Shown in pieces: positions 1 to 11,439 of a DNA stretch of 43,785 bases. The notes below the pieces were generated by a model. It ran no database searches. It saw only the letters and a list, made by a program, of their open reading frames with translations, and was not told the DNA's origin. This DNA is from Octopus bimaculoides (lineage: Eukaryota). The stretch's first letter is position 1. Each line of letters starts with the position of its first letter. Made by a program: the position numbers and the translations under genes. The DNA is taken from NCBI RefSeq assembly GCF_001194135.2, contig NC_068982.1, forward strand, positions 103,542,729-103,586,513, given 5' to 3'.

Positions 1-1
1 T

Positions 2-32
<31 letters not shown>

Positions 33-68
33 CATATATATAGACAAACATACATATATATATATTTA

Positions 69-116
<48 letters not shown>

Positions 117-275
117 CATATATATATATATATATACATATATATATACATACAAAATATGAATATGTATGAATACACATACATACGTACATACAAATAT
201 ACACACATACATACAGTTAATGCATAGATAAAGACCAATAGATATATAGATACAGAGAAACCAACGAGTATACAC

Positions 276-315
<40 letters not shown>

Positions 316-325
316 NNNNNNNNNN

Positions 326-358
<33 letters not shown>
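1..358. repeat. Compound (TA)n/(CA)n microsatellite spanning a small gap
   Basis: Direct reading; the ORFs called here are repeat translations. Confidence 0.95.
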
Positions 359-359
<1 letters not shown>

Positions 360-1241
360 TTGCATATGGATACATAGATATCTTCGAAGATGTTTGGGAT
401 TTAATGAAAACTGGAGAGTTTGATCTTAGAGTGAGAGAGAAGGCAGATATGAAAGAGCTAAGGTTGAATAACAGCATGTTCTCTGCAGACTTGTGTTAAT
501 GGTAATTTAGACAGGTACTTAGAAAGGCATCAGTAAAAAAATGGAGACGGCGTTCGTTGGGTGAGACAGGGGTGGTGCTTATGCGTAAGGCGATTTAACT
601 TATATGAGTAATAATTTTTAATATCATGAAACACTCTGCCGCTATCATCATATTTTATTCACTCGCCTTCTCTGTTGTAATTATTGTTCTTGTAAATCAC
701 CATAATCATCACCATCACCATCACCTTCTTCTTCTCGATTTAAACTACCACACATTCATAATCGTATTTGTACTTATAAACACACATGACCGTACACACA
801 CAAGCGCACGTGTATGCGCGCAGGCATTTCCAATAACATGTAATAAATAAAAGAAATATGTGACTATATATATAACTCTAACAAAGGTATACACCGATAC
901 ATAATAAATGTGCATCCAGCTAAAATGCACAATGCATAAAATAACACGCATACACACAGACACACACGCAGCTCACACACACACACACACACACACTGAC
1001 ACACACTGACACACACTCTCACACAGAGTATTTGTGTATGTGTGCGTGCGTGTGTGTGTTAATACTATTCCACAGCTATACCAACAATCCAATAATACTA
1101 ATCCACATATGCAAAAACAGCCATACCAACAATCCAACGTATCGCCATCAGCAGCTGCCCCACGGATATCATTATGATTTCGACATCTGGGATATATATA
1201 TATATATATATATATATAGATAGATAGAGGGGGGGGGGTTT

Positions 1242-1553
1242 AAGTGCATGTCTTAATGGCTATGATATTCGGCTCACTATCGTAAGACCGTGACTTCGAT
1301 TCCTGGCGGCGCGTTGTGTCTTTGAGCAAGACACTTTATTTCACGTTGCTACAGTTCACTCAGCTGGTAAAAATCGAATGTGATAAGGGTTAGCCATACC
1401 ACATCCTGTGCTATGCGGAATCGCCCCGAGAATTATGTTAAGGTTATGCATATCTGTGGTGTGTTCAGCTACTTACACGTTAATTTCAAGAAGCAGGTTG
1501 TTCTATTGATCGGATCAACTGGAGCACTTGATGTCGTAACCAAGGGAGTGCCA
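1242..1553 (+). mobile_element. Decayed tRNA-derived SINE with CORE/V-like central block and family-A type 3' tail
   Basis: B-box-like ttcgattcc, central ttgtgtctttgagcaagacactttatttcacgttgc, and a 3' part aligning to the tail of the 6012-6396 family (cacgttaatttc...ttgatcggatcaactgga...ggagtgcca). Confidence 0.8.
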
Positions 1554-1676
1554 GTTATATATATATATATATATATATNNNNNNNNNNNNNNNNNNNNNN
1601 NNNNNNNATATGTACATGACAAGTTCTGAAAATCTTAAAGAAACAAATTGTTCTCTCCCTCTGCGTGTGTGTATAG

Positions 1677-1707
<31 letters not shown>

Positions 1708-1833
1708 TGTATGTATGTATGTATGTATGTATGTATGCATGCATGTATGTATGTATGTATGTATGTATGCATGCATGTATGTATGTATGTATGTATGTAT
1801 GTATGTATGCATGCATGTATGTATGTATATATA
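1677..1833. repeat. (TATG)n microsatellite
   Basis: Direct reading. Confidence 0.95.
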
Positions 1834-1835
1834 TA

Positions 1836-2254
1836 CGAGGTCTGATCAATAAGTATCCGGACTGTTGCCATAGCAATGAAGCTAAAGCATGCAGAGTGAA
1901 GCCGCTTGGCACAGTTTGACCTTCAACTCTGTTGTGCAGGTGCACTAAGTTCTAACGTTTTAGATCACTTCTGCTGTTTACACCAGTGCTTGGAAGTAAC
2001 GTGTGTATCGTGTGATTGTCGCATGACAGAGAAAGTTGTCATGGCGATACCTGTTCAGAGGCTTATGCAAGGTTGCAGAAAGTGTATGGAGAGGAGTGTA
2101 TGAGCCGCACACCATTGTACGAGTGGTTCAGACGTTTCTAAGATGGCTGAAAAATGTCGACAGTGGTGAACGTTCTGGGAGACCTGCAACCAGTAGAACT
2201 GAGAAAAACATCGCAGATGTGCGCGCAGCTTTGAGGGGAAATCGTCGAATCATC
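1836..2254 (+). mobile_element. Mariner transposon 5' fragment (left TIR plus decayed N-terminal HTH region)
   Basis: TA at 1834-1835 followed by cgaggtctgatcaataagtatccggac. Translation EAYARLQKVYGEECMSRTPLYEWFRRF*DG*KNVDSGERSGRPATS matches the mariner transposase N-terminus and has in-frame stops. Confidence 0.88.
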
Positions 2255-2256
2255 TA

Positions 2257-2480
2257 AATTCAGGACCAGGTACTACAATAGTCTAGAGTTCAAAGGCCCA
2301 CAACTCTTCATACAACCCTGCCATAAAAATTAAGAAATCTGCATAAGGTAGAATTAGATGTTTTCAAAAAGTAACTAGACTTTCCTCTTCTCCACAATAC
2401 CGGATGAACCAACAACCTGTCATGAGGTGCAGACGAGGGTAGTAGAATCAAACTCCCTTATTCACCAAACGGGCCAAAAG
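2257..2480 (+). mobile_element. CR1/L2-group LINE 3' end fragment
   Basis: Frameshifted translation includes SLEFKGPQLF...LDVFKK*LD...TIPDEP...SNSLIHQ, similar to the C-terminus of the 10485-11040 fragment. Confidence 0.7.
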
Positions 2481-2544
2481 CTGGGACAAAGGCACACACA
2501 GGAGTGGTGATATAAAACACCGCAGACTTAGGAATCAGAAAGAC

Positions 2545-2612
2545 CACACTGTCTTCTACTATAGCCTCGGGCCGATCAAAGCTTGTAAGTGGACTTGGTA
2601 GACGGAAACTCA
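2545..2612 (+). mobile_element. SINE family C internal fragment
   Basis: tgtcttctactatagcctcgggccgatcaaagcttgtaagtggacttggtagacggaaact matches the reverse complement of part of 38090-38502. Confidence 0.85.
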
Positions 2613-3564
2613 TGGCTGAAAAGAATAAAATTATTATNNNNNNNNNNNNNNNNNNNNNNNNNNNNNNNNNNNNNNNNNNNNNNNNNNNNNNNNNNNNNNN
2701 NNNNNNNNNNNNNNNNNNNNNNNNNNNNNNNNNNNNNNNNNNNNNNNNNNNNNNNNNNNNNNNNNNNNNNNNNNNNNNNNNNNNNNNNNNNNNNNNNNNN
2801 NNNNNNNNNNNNNNNNNNNNNNNNNNNNNNNNNNNNNNNNNNNNNNNNNNNNNNNNNNNNNNNNNNNNNNNNNNNNNNNNNNNNNNNNNNNNNNNNNNNN
2901 NNNNNNNNNNNNNNNNNNNNNNNNNNNNNNNNNNNNNNNNNNNNNNNNNNNNNNNNNNNNNNNNNNNNNNNNNNNNNNNNNNNNNNNNNNNNNNNNNNNN
3001 NNNNNNNNNNNNNNNNNNNNNNNNNNNNNNNNNNNNNNNNNNNNNNNNNNNNNNNNNNNNNNNNNNNNNNNNNNNNNNNNNNNNNNNNNNNNNNNNNNNN
3101 NNNNNNNNNNNNNNNNNNNNNNNNNNNNNNNNNNNNNNNNNNNNNNNNNNNNNNNNNNNNNNNNNNNNNNNNNNNNNNNNNNNNNNNNNNNNNNNNNNNN
3201 NNNNNNNNNNNNNNNNNNNNNNNNNNNNNNNNNNNNNNNNNNNNNNNNNNNNNNNNNNNNNNNNNNNNNNNNNNNNNNNNNNNNNNNNNNNNNNNNNNNN
3301 NNNNNNNNNNNNNNNNNNNNNNNNNNNNNNNNNNNNNNNNNNNNNNNNNNNNNNNNNNNNNNNNNNNNNNNNNNNNNNNNNNNNNNNNNNNNNNNNNNNN
3401 NNNNNNNNNNNNNNNNNNNNNNNNNNNNNNNNNNNNNNNNNNNNNNNNNNNNNNNNNNNNNNNNNNNNNNNNNNNNNNNNNNNNNNNNNNNNNNNNNNNN
3501 NNNNNNNNNNNNNNNNNNNNNNNNNNNNNNNNNNNNNNNNNNNNNNNNNNNNNNNNNNNNNNNN

Positions 3565-3657
<93 letters not shown>

Positions 3658-3668
3658 CGTATGTATAC
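3565..3668. repeat. (CA)n-(TA)n-(TATG)n compound microsatellite
   Basis: Direct reading, adjacent to a gap. Confidence 0.95.
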
Positions 3669-3719
3669 ATTATTTACATGTGTGAAGTTTGCATAAGTGT
3701 ATATGATCTTCAAACAAAG

Positions 3720-3945
3720 GATCATAGTTCCTCTCTGAGCCATAGGCCGATAAAGCCTCCCGGATTCTGTAAGGTATATATATATATACACCCACTAACC
3801 TGGACAGGACGTTGGTTCGATGCAGGATTACACATTTTTGAGTAGACTTGAGTAACGTGAAATGAAGTGTTTTGCTCAAGAATACAACATATCGCCCGGT
3901 CCAGGAATCGAAAATACAATCTTATGATTATGAGTGCACTAGTCA
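3720..3945 (-). mobile_element. Decayed tRNA-derived SINE with CORE/V-like block
   Basis: Reverse complement reads ttcgattcctggaccgggcg...ttgtattcttgagcaaaacacttcatttcacgtt, like the 1242 and 40524 copies. Confidence 0.7.
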
Positions 3946-6011
3946 GTAAGCCACGAGTCACATCGGCAAAAAAACAAAACAAAAAAGAAACAAAAAAAAA
4001 AAGAGACAAGAAAAAATACGAATTTCCTCGAGATGTTCGTTCAGCATTGCGAGTTTTAAACACTGCTTTGACATTCTCGCCTTTAGCTATGAAGTGAACC
4101 TCTGATTGGCCCGTTCGAAACCTTTAATTAACGAAGTTCACAAACTGACTTATAAGTTCCCCCTGTTCTTTCTCTCTCTTTCTCTCTCTTTCTCTCTGTA
4201 TTCATTTACATACACTTTATTATTTATATACTTAATTAATTTATGTTTACAGGCAGAAAGACGTATGTCCGACATACATAAATATTGTAGCAAGATATTC
4301 TATAATATTTGTGAAAATACATCGCATAGGAAATAAAATAAAAGCATACAAACACTTGGTTTGTAATTGAAGTTTCTCGAAAATACTCCATAAATTATCA
4401 AATTGCTGTAAACGTACGATATATTGATAGAGATAACGAGAGAGTTTAATACTGTCAGATAGATTTATAGAGTGTTTAAGTATGTCATTTGTACGTAAAT
4501 ATAATTCTAAGTTTTTGGCATGGTAAACTGTGTATTTTATTGCCTTTCTGTCCCTCCCTCCTTCTTCCCGCGCTCTCCCGATTTCTTTCTTTAACACAAA
4601 CGCATACAGTGAAAAACCATATTTAATTACCGAAATAAAATTGGAGAATCGAATATGTTTGTCTAATTTTCTATATTATGTCACGAAACATCAATAATTT
4701 AACTAAGTCTATTGCTATTTTTATGAAATCAATTTATTCACAAATATTGATTGTTTTTTTTTTATTTCTTACTTTGAATAAATATTATTTATTTAGGAAA
4801 AGTGGATATTATAAAGGTTCCATTGGGAGTTAGTTGTAAACGATCGAGTGGTTGTGATTATCAGAGTTCTTATGAAAAGGCAGAAGGTTTCTAACTGAGT
4901 CTCAGTCAACAAACTTGAGCCAAAAGATAAAGCCATTGACCTGTATATATGTAATTTAGTATGGTATAGATGGTTCACCGTCGAAAGAAGTAAGGTTCAT
5001 TATAGTGTTTTCATAACAGTAATGTAAAGAAAATAGAGTTTAAGCAGTGAAAATTCTTACAACCATATGTCTTCCATTTTTTTGTTAATATGTTGGAAAT
5101 AATATAGAGCTGAACGGATTTAACTGCTCTTGTGCACAACCACAGGTCACTGGGTGCAGTGACGGAGAGAGGATTTGATTCTTATGATAGATCTGACAAA
5201 AGCTAATACAAATACCTTAAGTACATAAGTAAAAGAGTAAAGTAAAAATAAGTTAGTGTGCATACTTATTTTTAAAAATTAGCTTTTAAATATTATGTGG
5301 TATTAATTTTCTACTTAGTTATATGGTCTGATGGTAACAGGTCGGTGGAAATAGTAAGTTGTGATGTTAATACTTTTCCGAGGGACATTAATGTTGTATG
5401 TAGAGTGAAGAGTCTATGACTGAGAGTCGAAAACGAACCGCAGTTTGGTTTACTCTGTATTCGTTTACCTCTATTGAATAGCATTCACCAATATTGGTTT
5501 TTGACGCTAAAGGAAATATACAAATGTACAGGAAAATTTATAATCGATGGAATGGCTACCTGTTATATTTCTGGCATTTGTTTAATCAACCCCAATATGA
5601 TTACTTACACCCAAATGACATGCCCATCAGTGATTCATCCAAATGCTCTAAAATGAGAAGTGGTGCCGATTTCGGAATACGTCCGAAGACAAGAACTTGA
5701 ATATGGACAGGACTACTAAAAATTTTAATACAAAAAGGTTTTTGCGATTTGCCTTTCGGTTTATAAATTAAATGGATAAAGTTTAGGGCGAGATAATTAG
5801 TGAAGAGAAAATGATAACTCTATTTCGGGACTGAACCCATCTATAACTCTTGACTGTAGGGAGACAAGAGTTCAAAGTGGGTTACCACTTAAAATGTTTG
5901 TCTTGTCTTCTGCAAACATCACTTTATAAAAGTTTAGGCTGAACTTCACTCATGCCAACCTCACATATCTGGAAGGTAATTAGAAATGTTATCGCGTTGC
6001 TTTACTTTGTC

Positions 6012-6396
6012 GGTGGAGGCGCAATGGCCCAGTGGTTAGGGCAGCGGACTCGCGGTCATAGGATCGCGGTTTCGATTCCCAGACCGGGCGTTGTGAGTGT
6101 TTATTAAGCAAAAACACCTAAGGCTCCACGAGGCTCCGGCAGGGTATGGTGGCGAACCCTGCTATACTCATTCACCACAACTTTCTCTCATACTTACTTC
6201 CTGTTTCTGTTGTGCCTGTAATTCAAAGGGTCAACCTTGTCACACTGTGTCATGCTGAATATTCCCGAGAACTAAGTTAAGGATACACGTGTCTGTGGAG
6301 TGCTCAGCCACTTGCACGTTAATTTCACGAACAGGCTGTTCCGTTGATCGGATCAACTGGAACCCTCGACGTCGTAAGCTACGGAGTGCCAACAAC
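6012..6396 (+). mobile_element. Full-length tRNA-derived SINE, family A, copy 1
   Basis: A box tggcccagtgg, B box ggtttcgattccc, terminal hairpins and a (CAA)n tail; aligns end to end with four other copies in the window. Confidence 0.95.
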
Positions 6397-7404
6397 TTTC
6401 TCTGTCTAAATTAGTAAGAAACGATATGAAAATATCGAAGTATTGGAATCTTTATTAAATGTTTTCTTTTAATACACATTATATTCAAGGAAATACAACA
6501 TATCCAAGAATCATGTTGCAACTGAATCTGAAGGCTGAATTAATTTACGCTCGTAAGTGAGATCTTCCCTCAAATGAAATAAAGTTGATTAAGCACTACT
6601 TGTACATAAGTTTCTCTAAGTCGGTCTCAATGTTTTCTTCATATTTAGTAATAAAAGAAAGCGTCTCATTTTACCCTTCGAAATGGTAATTAATGGAAGG
6701 CTTAGTTGTGAATTAACTGTTGCTACTGTACTAACAATACTACACATGTGACTCCAAAGTCGTGTTTTGAATGGTTCAGGAAACTTTAGCTAATAATCAA
6801 TTAAAAGAAACATGATTTTGGAAATCTAGTAGACATTAGGACAGGTGTAGTAAAGATATCGAAACTAATTTTGTCTTAGATCTGACCCTGATATATAGCA
6901 ATTTTTAATTTTGATACAAGCACTTATATTTGAAGTGATGTTACTCAGTTATATAGTATCTGAACAAATTCTGGCACATGACTTATACTTTCATTTATCT
7001 ACGATCCAATGTTGCGAATGGTGAAAAACAAAGGCGTAAGCTCTGGCAGAATTCGAATTCAAAACATAAAGGAACGTAACTAAATACCCCAATACTACCA
7101 ATCCACTACCGCTTTTAAAAATATTAAAATGATATTCAGAAAAAAAAAACTGTAGCTTCAATTATTTCTCTGATATCAAGGATAAGAGAAAGTAGAATAC
7201 TGGATATACGGAGGGAGTAAAAGGGGGGAAATATTGAAGGCAAAATAGTAATTTATCTTGCATAAGGGTGAGTCTGGAACGGTTATTGGAATTGATCCTT
7301 TAAAAACTACAGTAAAATAACGAATACTTATAAATATTCATAAAATTATTTTTCTGACGACGAGTTACTTTCATCAGATGTAAAGTCTCTGTCATGTGGA
7401 AGCT

Positions 7405-7490
7405 AGTTGAGAATGCTCCCTAGCTAGTTGTGGATACTTTCAGTTAGTTGAGGATATATCTCTATTTAGTTGAGGATAATTTACCTAATA
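7405..7490. repeat. Degenerate left part of a 20-bp minisatellite
   Basis: Units resembling ggatac(c/t)t(c/t)cag(c/t)tagttg. Confidence 0.7.
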
Positions 7491-7499
7491 GAAGATACC

Positions 7500-8059
7500 G
7501 GATCTTTTTTAAAACGGGGGCCACATTTTTCATTAACGAAACACTTTGAAACTTGGAACACTGGTAGAATGTGTCATATAAAACATCTTTTTCTCTTAGT
7601 CTTCTTAAAAAAAAAAGAAATCCATAAATTATTCCATGTTAAAGTTGTCGTATTTCTGTAATTTCAACCAATCACTGACGTCCATTCAGCCGATATACAT
7701 TAAGTGCCGACTACATAAACAAACGATTCTGAAACAATTAACCTTAACCCTAACTCTAACCCTAACCCTAGGGTTACGGTTAGGGTTAAAGCAAATTTAA
7801 AATGAAAAAAGCAAATAAAACGAAGAATCGTTTGTTTATGTAGTCGGCACTTAATGTATATCGGCTGAATGGACGTCAGTGATTGGTTGAAATTATCGAA
7901 ATAAGACAATTTTTTACATGAAATAAATTCGAATACAAAAATATTTTTCTGTTCTATAACACAAAATAGATAAGTATACGAAGTTTGAAAGTCTTTCGGT
8001 ACCAAAAACACTATGTAAAACATTAATGAAAAATGTGGCCCCCGTTTTAAAAAAGATCC
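7500..8059. mobile_element. Non-autonomous DNA transposon (foldback MITE) with 37-bp perfect TIRs and 8-bp TSD
   Basis: TIR ggatcttttttaaaacgggggccacatttttcattaa at 7500-7536 and its reverse complement at 8023-8059. TSD aagatacc at 7492-7499 and 8060-8067. Internal 72-bp perfect inverted repeat at 7659-7730 / 7824-7895. Confidence 0.93.
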
Positions 8060-8161
8060 AAGATACCTCCAGCTACTTGAGGATACCTCCAGCCAGTTGT
8101 GGATACCTCCAGCTAGTTGTGGATACCTCCAGTTAGTTGCGGATACCTCCAGTTAGTTGTG
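8060..8161. repeat. 20-bp minisatellite, 5 units
   Basis: (a/t/c)ggatacctccag(c/t)(t/c)agttg repeated head-to-tail with no spacers. Confidence 0.95.
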
Positions 8162-9654
8162 ATTATCTTATTTTAATTGAGGATTCTTCTGAATAGCTGA
8201 ACATAGAGTGGTGGTTGTTTAATACAGGATCATTCCTTATATAGTAAACAGAGCTATGTGTATCAAAGGTTATAGGGGTAGTCCAACCAAAGTTTATACA
8301 ATATTTTGTTGCAGAATTGCGTATCTCGGACAACATTATCCAGTGTCTCCTTTTATGCGTCAACAGGGAATGGCTTAGGAGAGATTTGGCTCCAATTTTT
8401 ATCAAGTTAAGCGACTATGGAAAGGTTCCCTTCAGTTTATAAGAACATGGCGTGTTGTGTGTATTTGAGTTGTAAGAAATGATTTTCTCTAGGGAGTAGT
8501 TTGATGACGGTCAATGATGAAAGCAAAATATTTGGGCAAGTCATTAGATACAACTGACTGCAGTGGTTTGTGATAATAGACTATCAATTAATATAATGGC
8601 GCTATCAATTAGTATAACCACAGGGCGTCTAAATGACAAGTCACGCTTTGAGTGTGGTGGAAGTTGAGAGAAAGGAAACGTAGGAAGAAATGGGAGAGAT
8701 AGGCGGGAAGAGAACAGGGAAAGGGAAATTAAAATGGAACGAGATGGAGAAGAACGGAAAGAGAATGCAGAAAAGGAGAAAAGCAAACAGATAGATAAGA
8801 TAAACAATAGAAACAAAGTGAGTGATTGTTGTGTTTAGAAAGTGATAGGGTGGGAGGGTGAGAGGAAAAATAAGTTAGGTTGACAGAAAGTTAAAGTCGT
8901 GGAAAATGGAAGATGAAAAGAGTGACAAACAGTAAAATGGAAAGACTGATAGAATGAGAAAATAGAGGGAGAGAGAGAGAGAGGGGAGAGAGAGAGAGAG
9001 GAAAGATGGGAGAAAGTGAATGTTAGAGAAGAAAAGAAATAGAGAAATCGAGCAGTCGTTTTCAATTCCAGATTGAAACCATCTCACCTAAATTATGTTA
9101 TTAATGTCCTTAGAAAAGGTCAGAACATTGTTCCCTCCCATTTCCACTTTCCTAAAAAAGAACACATTCAAAAGAAAATGTAAAATGTAAATGAGCAGGT
9201 TCTGTTCTGTTCTGGAGAATGAAGATGTTTATTTTTACAGTCAACAATACAACAGATAATATTTTAAATTATAACATTTAAATAGAAAGAAACAAAAATA
9301 GAAAGATAAAAAAGAAAGAAAAAGAGGGGTGGTGGTAAAGCAGCAGAAGATGGAGCGGGAGGGGGCGATGGACCACGTACCCCAGAACAATTTGTGTGTT
9401 CAGCAATAACTGCGCCTCGCAGTAATGACTGCGGTGGCATAGCCGCAGAAAATGGTCCAGAGAAACTCGTTGCAGCAGCCGCTCCACCTCGCGGAGCTCA
9501 TTTCTCAGATGGGCCACCGTTATCCCAGTTTTGTAGAGGAAATCAGTAGTACGTGGTTCGAGAACACCTGACGTCTCGGTGGAGAATAAAACGCATTCTC
9601 AGTCAAAGGCAATCTCATCATTATAAAACACCATGAAAAACCGTCACCATCACG

Positions 9655-9852
9655 TCCTGCTAGAAATAGCAGTCAACTCTCCCACATATCACACTCTACC
9701 ATATTAAAAAAAAGGGGCGGACGCATTTGATAATGTGGTCCTAAATACACCTAATGAAAAAAGGTAAAGAAGAGGTGCTCATGGCTGGAATGCCTTTGAA
9801 CATGGGTCTGCTCCATCAGAGTTGATTTGGAGCTAAACAATGATAACAATAA
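9655..9852 (+). mobile_element. Interspersed retroposon-like repeat, family E (3' portion with (CAA)-like tail)
   Basis: ctagaaatagcagtcaa...catggctggaatgcctttga...ggagctaaacaa aligns with 11440-11620 and partly with 36285-36400. Confidence 0.7.
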
Positions 9853-10065
9853 CCTCATTTAGTACTTCATTATTTAGTTCTCTCGCTGCTTTGTTGTTAT
9901 GAAGCAGAGAAAGTACTAAGTATTTCGCTCGGAATTTTATAAATTCAGTGACGGGAGATTTCAACCGACACCTTATCTATTTAATTTTTAAACACAAGAA
10001 AAATGATGAAAATTGAAACCCGATTAGAAATAATGGTTCTTAAATTGAGTTCTACCTGGACATAT

Positions 10066-10449
10066 GTTGTTGGCACTCCGTCGCTTACAACATCGAGGGT
10101 TCCAGTTGATCCAATCAACGGAACAGCCTGCTCATGAAATTAACGTGCTAGTGGCTGAGCACCCCACAGACACGTGTACCCTTAACGTAGTTCTCGGGGA
10201 TATTCAGCGTGACACAGTGTGACAAGGCTGACCCTTTGAATTACAGGCACAACAAAAACAGGAAGTAAGAGTGAGAGAAAGTTGTGGTGAATGAGTACAG
10301 CAGGGTTCGCCACCATCCCCTGCCGGAGCCTCGTGGAGCTTTAGGTGTTTTCGCCCAATAAACACTCACAACGCCCGGTCGGGTAATCGAAACCGCGATC
10401 CTATGACCGCGAGTCCGCTGCCCTAACCACTGGGTCATTGCGCCTCCAC
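10066..10449 (-). mobile_element. Full-length SINE family A, copy 2
   Basis: Reverse complement of the family A sequence; TSD acctggacat at 10054-10063 and 10450-10459. Confidence 0.95.
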
Positions 10450-10484
10450 ACCTGGACATGTAGTTTAAATATAAATATTGTTCC

Positions 10485-11040
10485 AGTCCAGAGATCTTGA
10501 TACCCTCATTCTTTTCTTCTCTATGTTTGTCAGGTCTTACCTTGAATATCGCTATCCACTATAAGCTACGCACGCGCACAAACATTGTAAGAATTGAAAT
10601 AGCCCAGAGAGTGACCACAAAAATAAATGGCATGATAGGCCTTGCCTTGTAGGATCAGTTCAAAATGCTCAACTTTATTATCTCCAAATTTACCATTATT
10701 TGTGCAACGTGGCAAATATTCCATCAACATTGTACAAACGATGTCAGAATCAAGTTCACAAGTCACCTAAGGCTTGGTCCGAAAGCCATATGCGTTCTAC
10801 AAAAACTGAGCTTACATCACTTAACACTGCGACACAACTTTTCTACTTTAACGGGTCTTACGTTATTCAACATTATTCCGAGGGAAATCAAAGACGAAAA
10901 AGACCCTATTTACTTCAAACGGTACCTTGACATGCTCCTTCAAGAAATACCAGACAAACCACAAACACCCGGACACATCTCGGCAAATAACAACTCCCTA
11001 CTTGAGTGGGTTACGATGTCCTAAAACATGGCTCACATAA
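10485..11040 (+). mobile_element. CR1-group LINE 3' fragment (decayed C-terminus of the RT ORF)
   Basis: Segments in shifting frames: RDLDTLILFFSMFVRSYLEYRYPL*, IEIAQRVTTKINGMIGL, and WQIFHQHCTNDV...LFNIIPREIK...FKRYLDMLLQEIPDKP...NNNSLLEW. These follow the CR1 RT C-terminal pattern (R.HLEY...QR.ATK...LFN.LP..IPD.P). Confidence 0.82.
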
Positions 11041-11439
11041 AGTCCAAAATCTATCTGAGTTATCTTGGTTAATATGCCCTTTAATGATAGGGGCTGACTT
11101 TTTAGGGTTATTACAAGGATAAATGTCTGAGAAACACTTGCAGGGTAAACACTTGTAGGAGAACTAATAAAGGAGTTGATAGTTGAAAGTCTCTGTAAAT
11201 AGCTGGATAGAGTGGAAACGATGAAGTTAGTTCATACAGAGAAATAGATATATCACTAGGGCAACACATTGGAGACAGACAGACACCCTTATAACAATAG
11301 TGGGAGAGAAAAGAACAAAATCTCGTCATTGTTGTTGTAATGAAGATATTGAAACAAGAAATATAAGGTAATAAGAAACAAACTTTGTGATAACAGATGT
11401 AAATTAGTCAACGAGAAGGCTTCTATGTAGTCACTTAAC

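Noticed and set aside
361-600. Purine-rich stretch translating to DIFEDVWDLMKTGEFDLRVREK, possibly a retroelement piece
   Set aside because: No diagnostic motif; cannot be assigned without a database search.
2458-3845. Long ORFs of 350-420 aa here, and similar ones at 16150-16996 and 28198-29211
   Set aside because: They run through N gaps; their length is an artefact.
6012-6090. tRNA genes at SINE heads (all families)
   Set aside because: A/B boxes are present, but acceptor and anticodon stems are not intact and each continues into SINE body sequence.
7739-7788. Head-to-head telomeric repeats as a chromosome fusion scar
   Set aside because: Only about 50 bp and centred inside a TIR/TSD-bounded transposon.
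8060-8161. CRISPR-like regular repeats
   Set aside because: Units are directly adjacent with no unique spacers, there are no cas genes, and the context is eukaryotic.
10505-10560. Strong plus-strand acceptor and overlapping minus-strand donor
   Set aside because: Explained as part of the CR1 fragment (RSYLEYRYPL).
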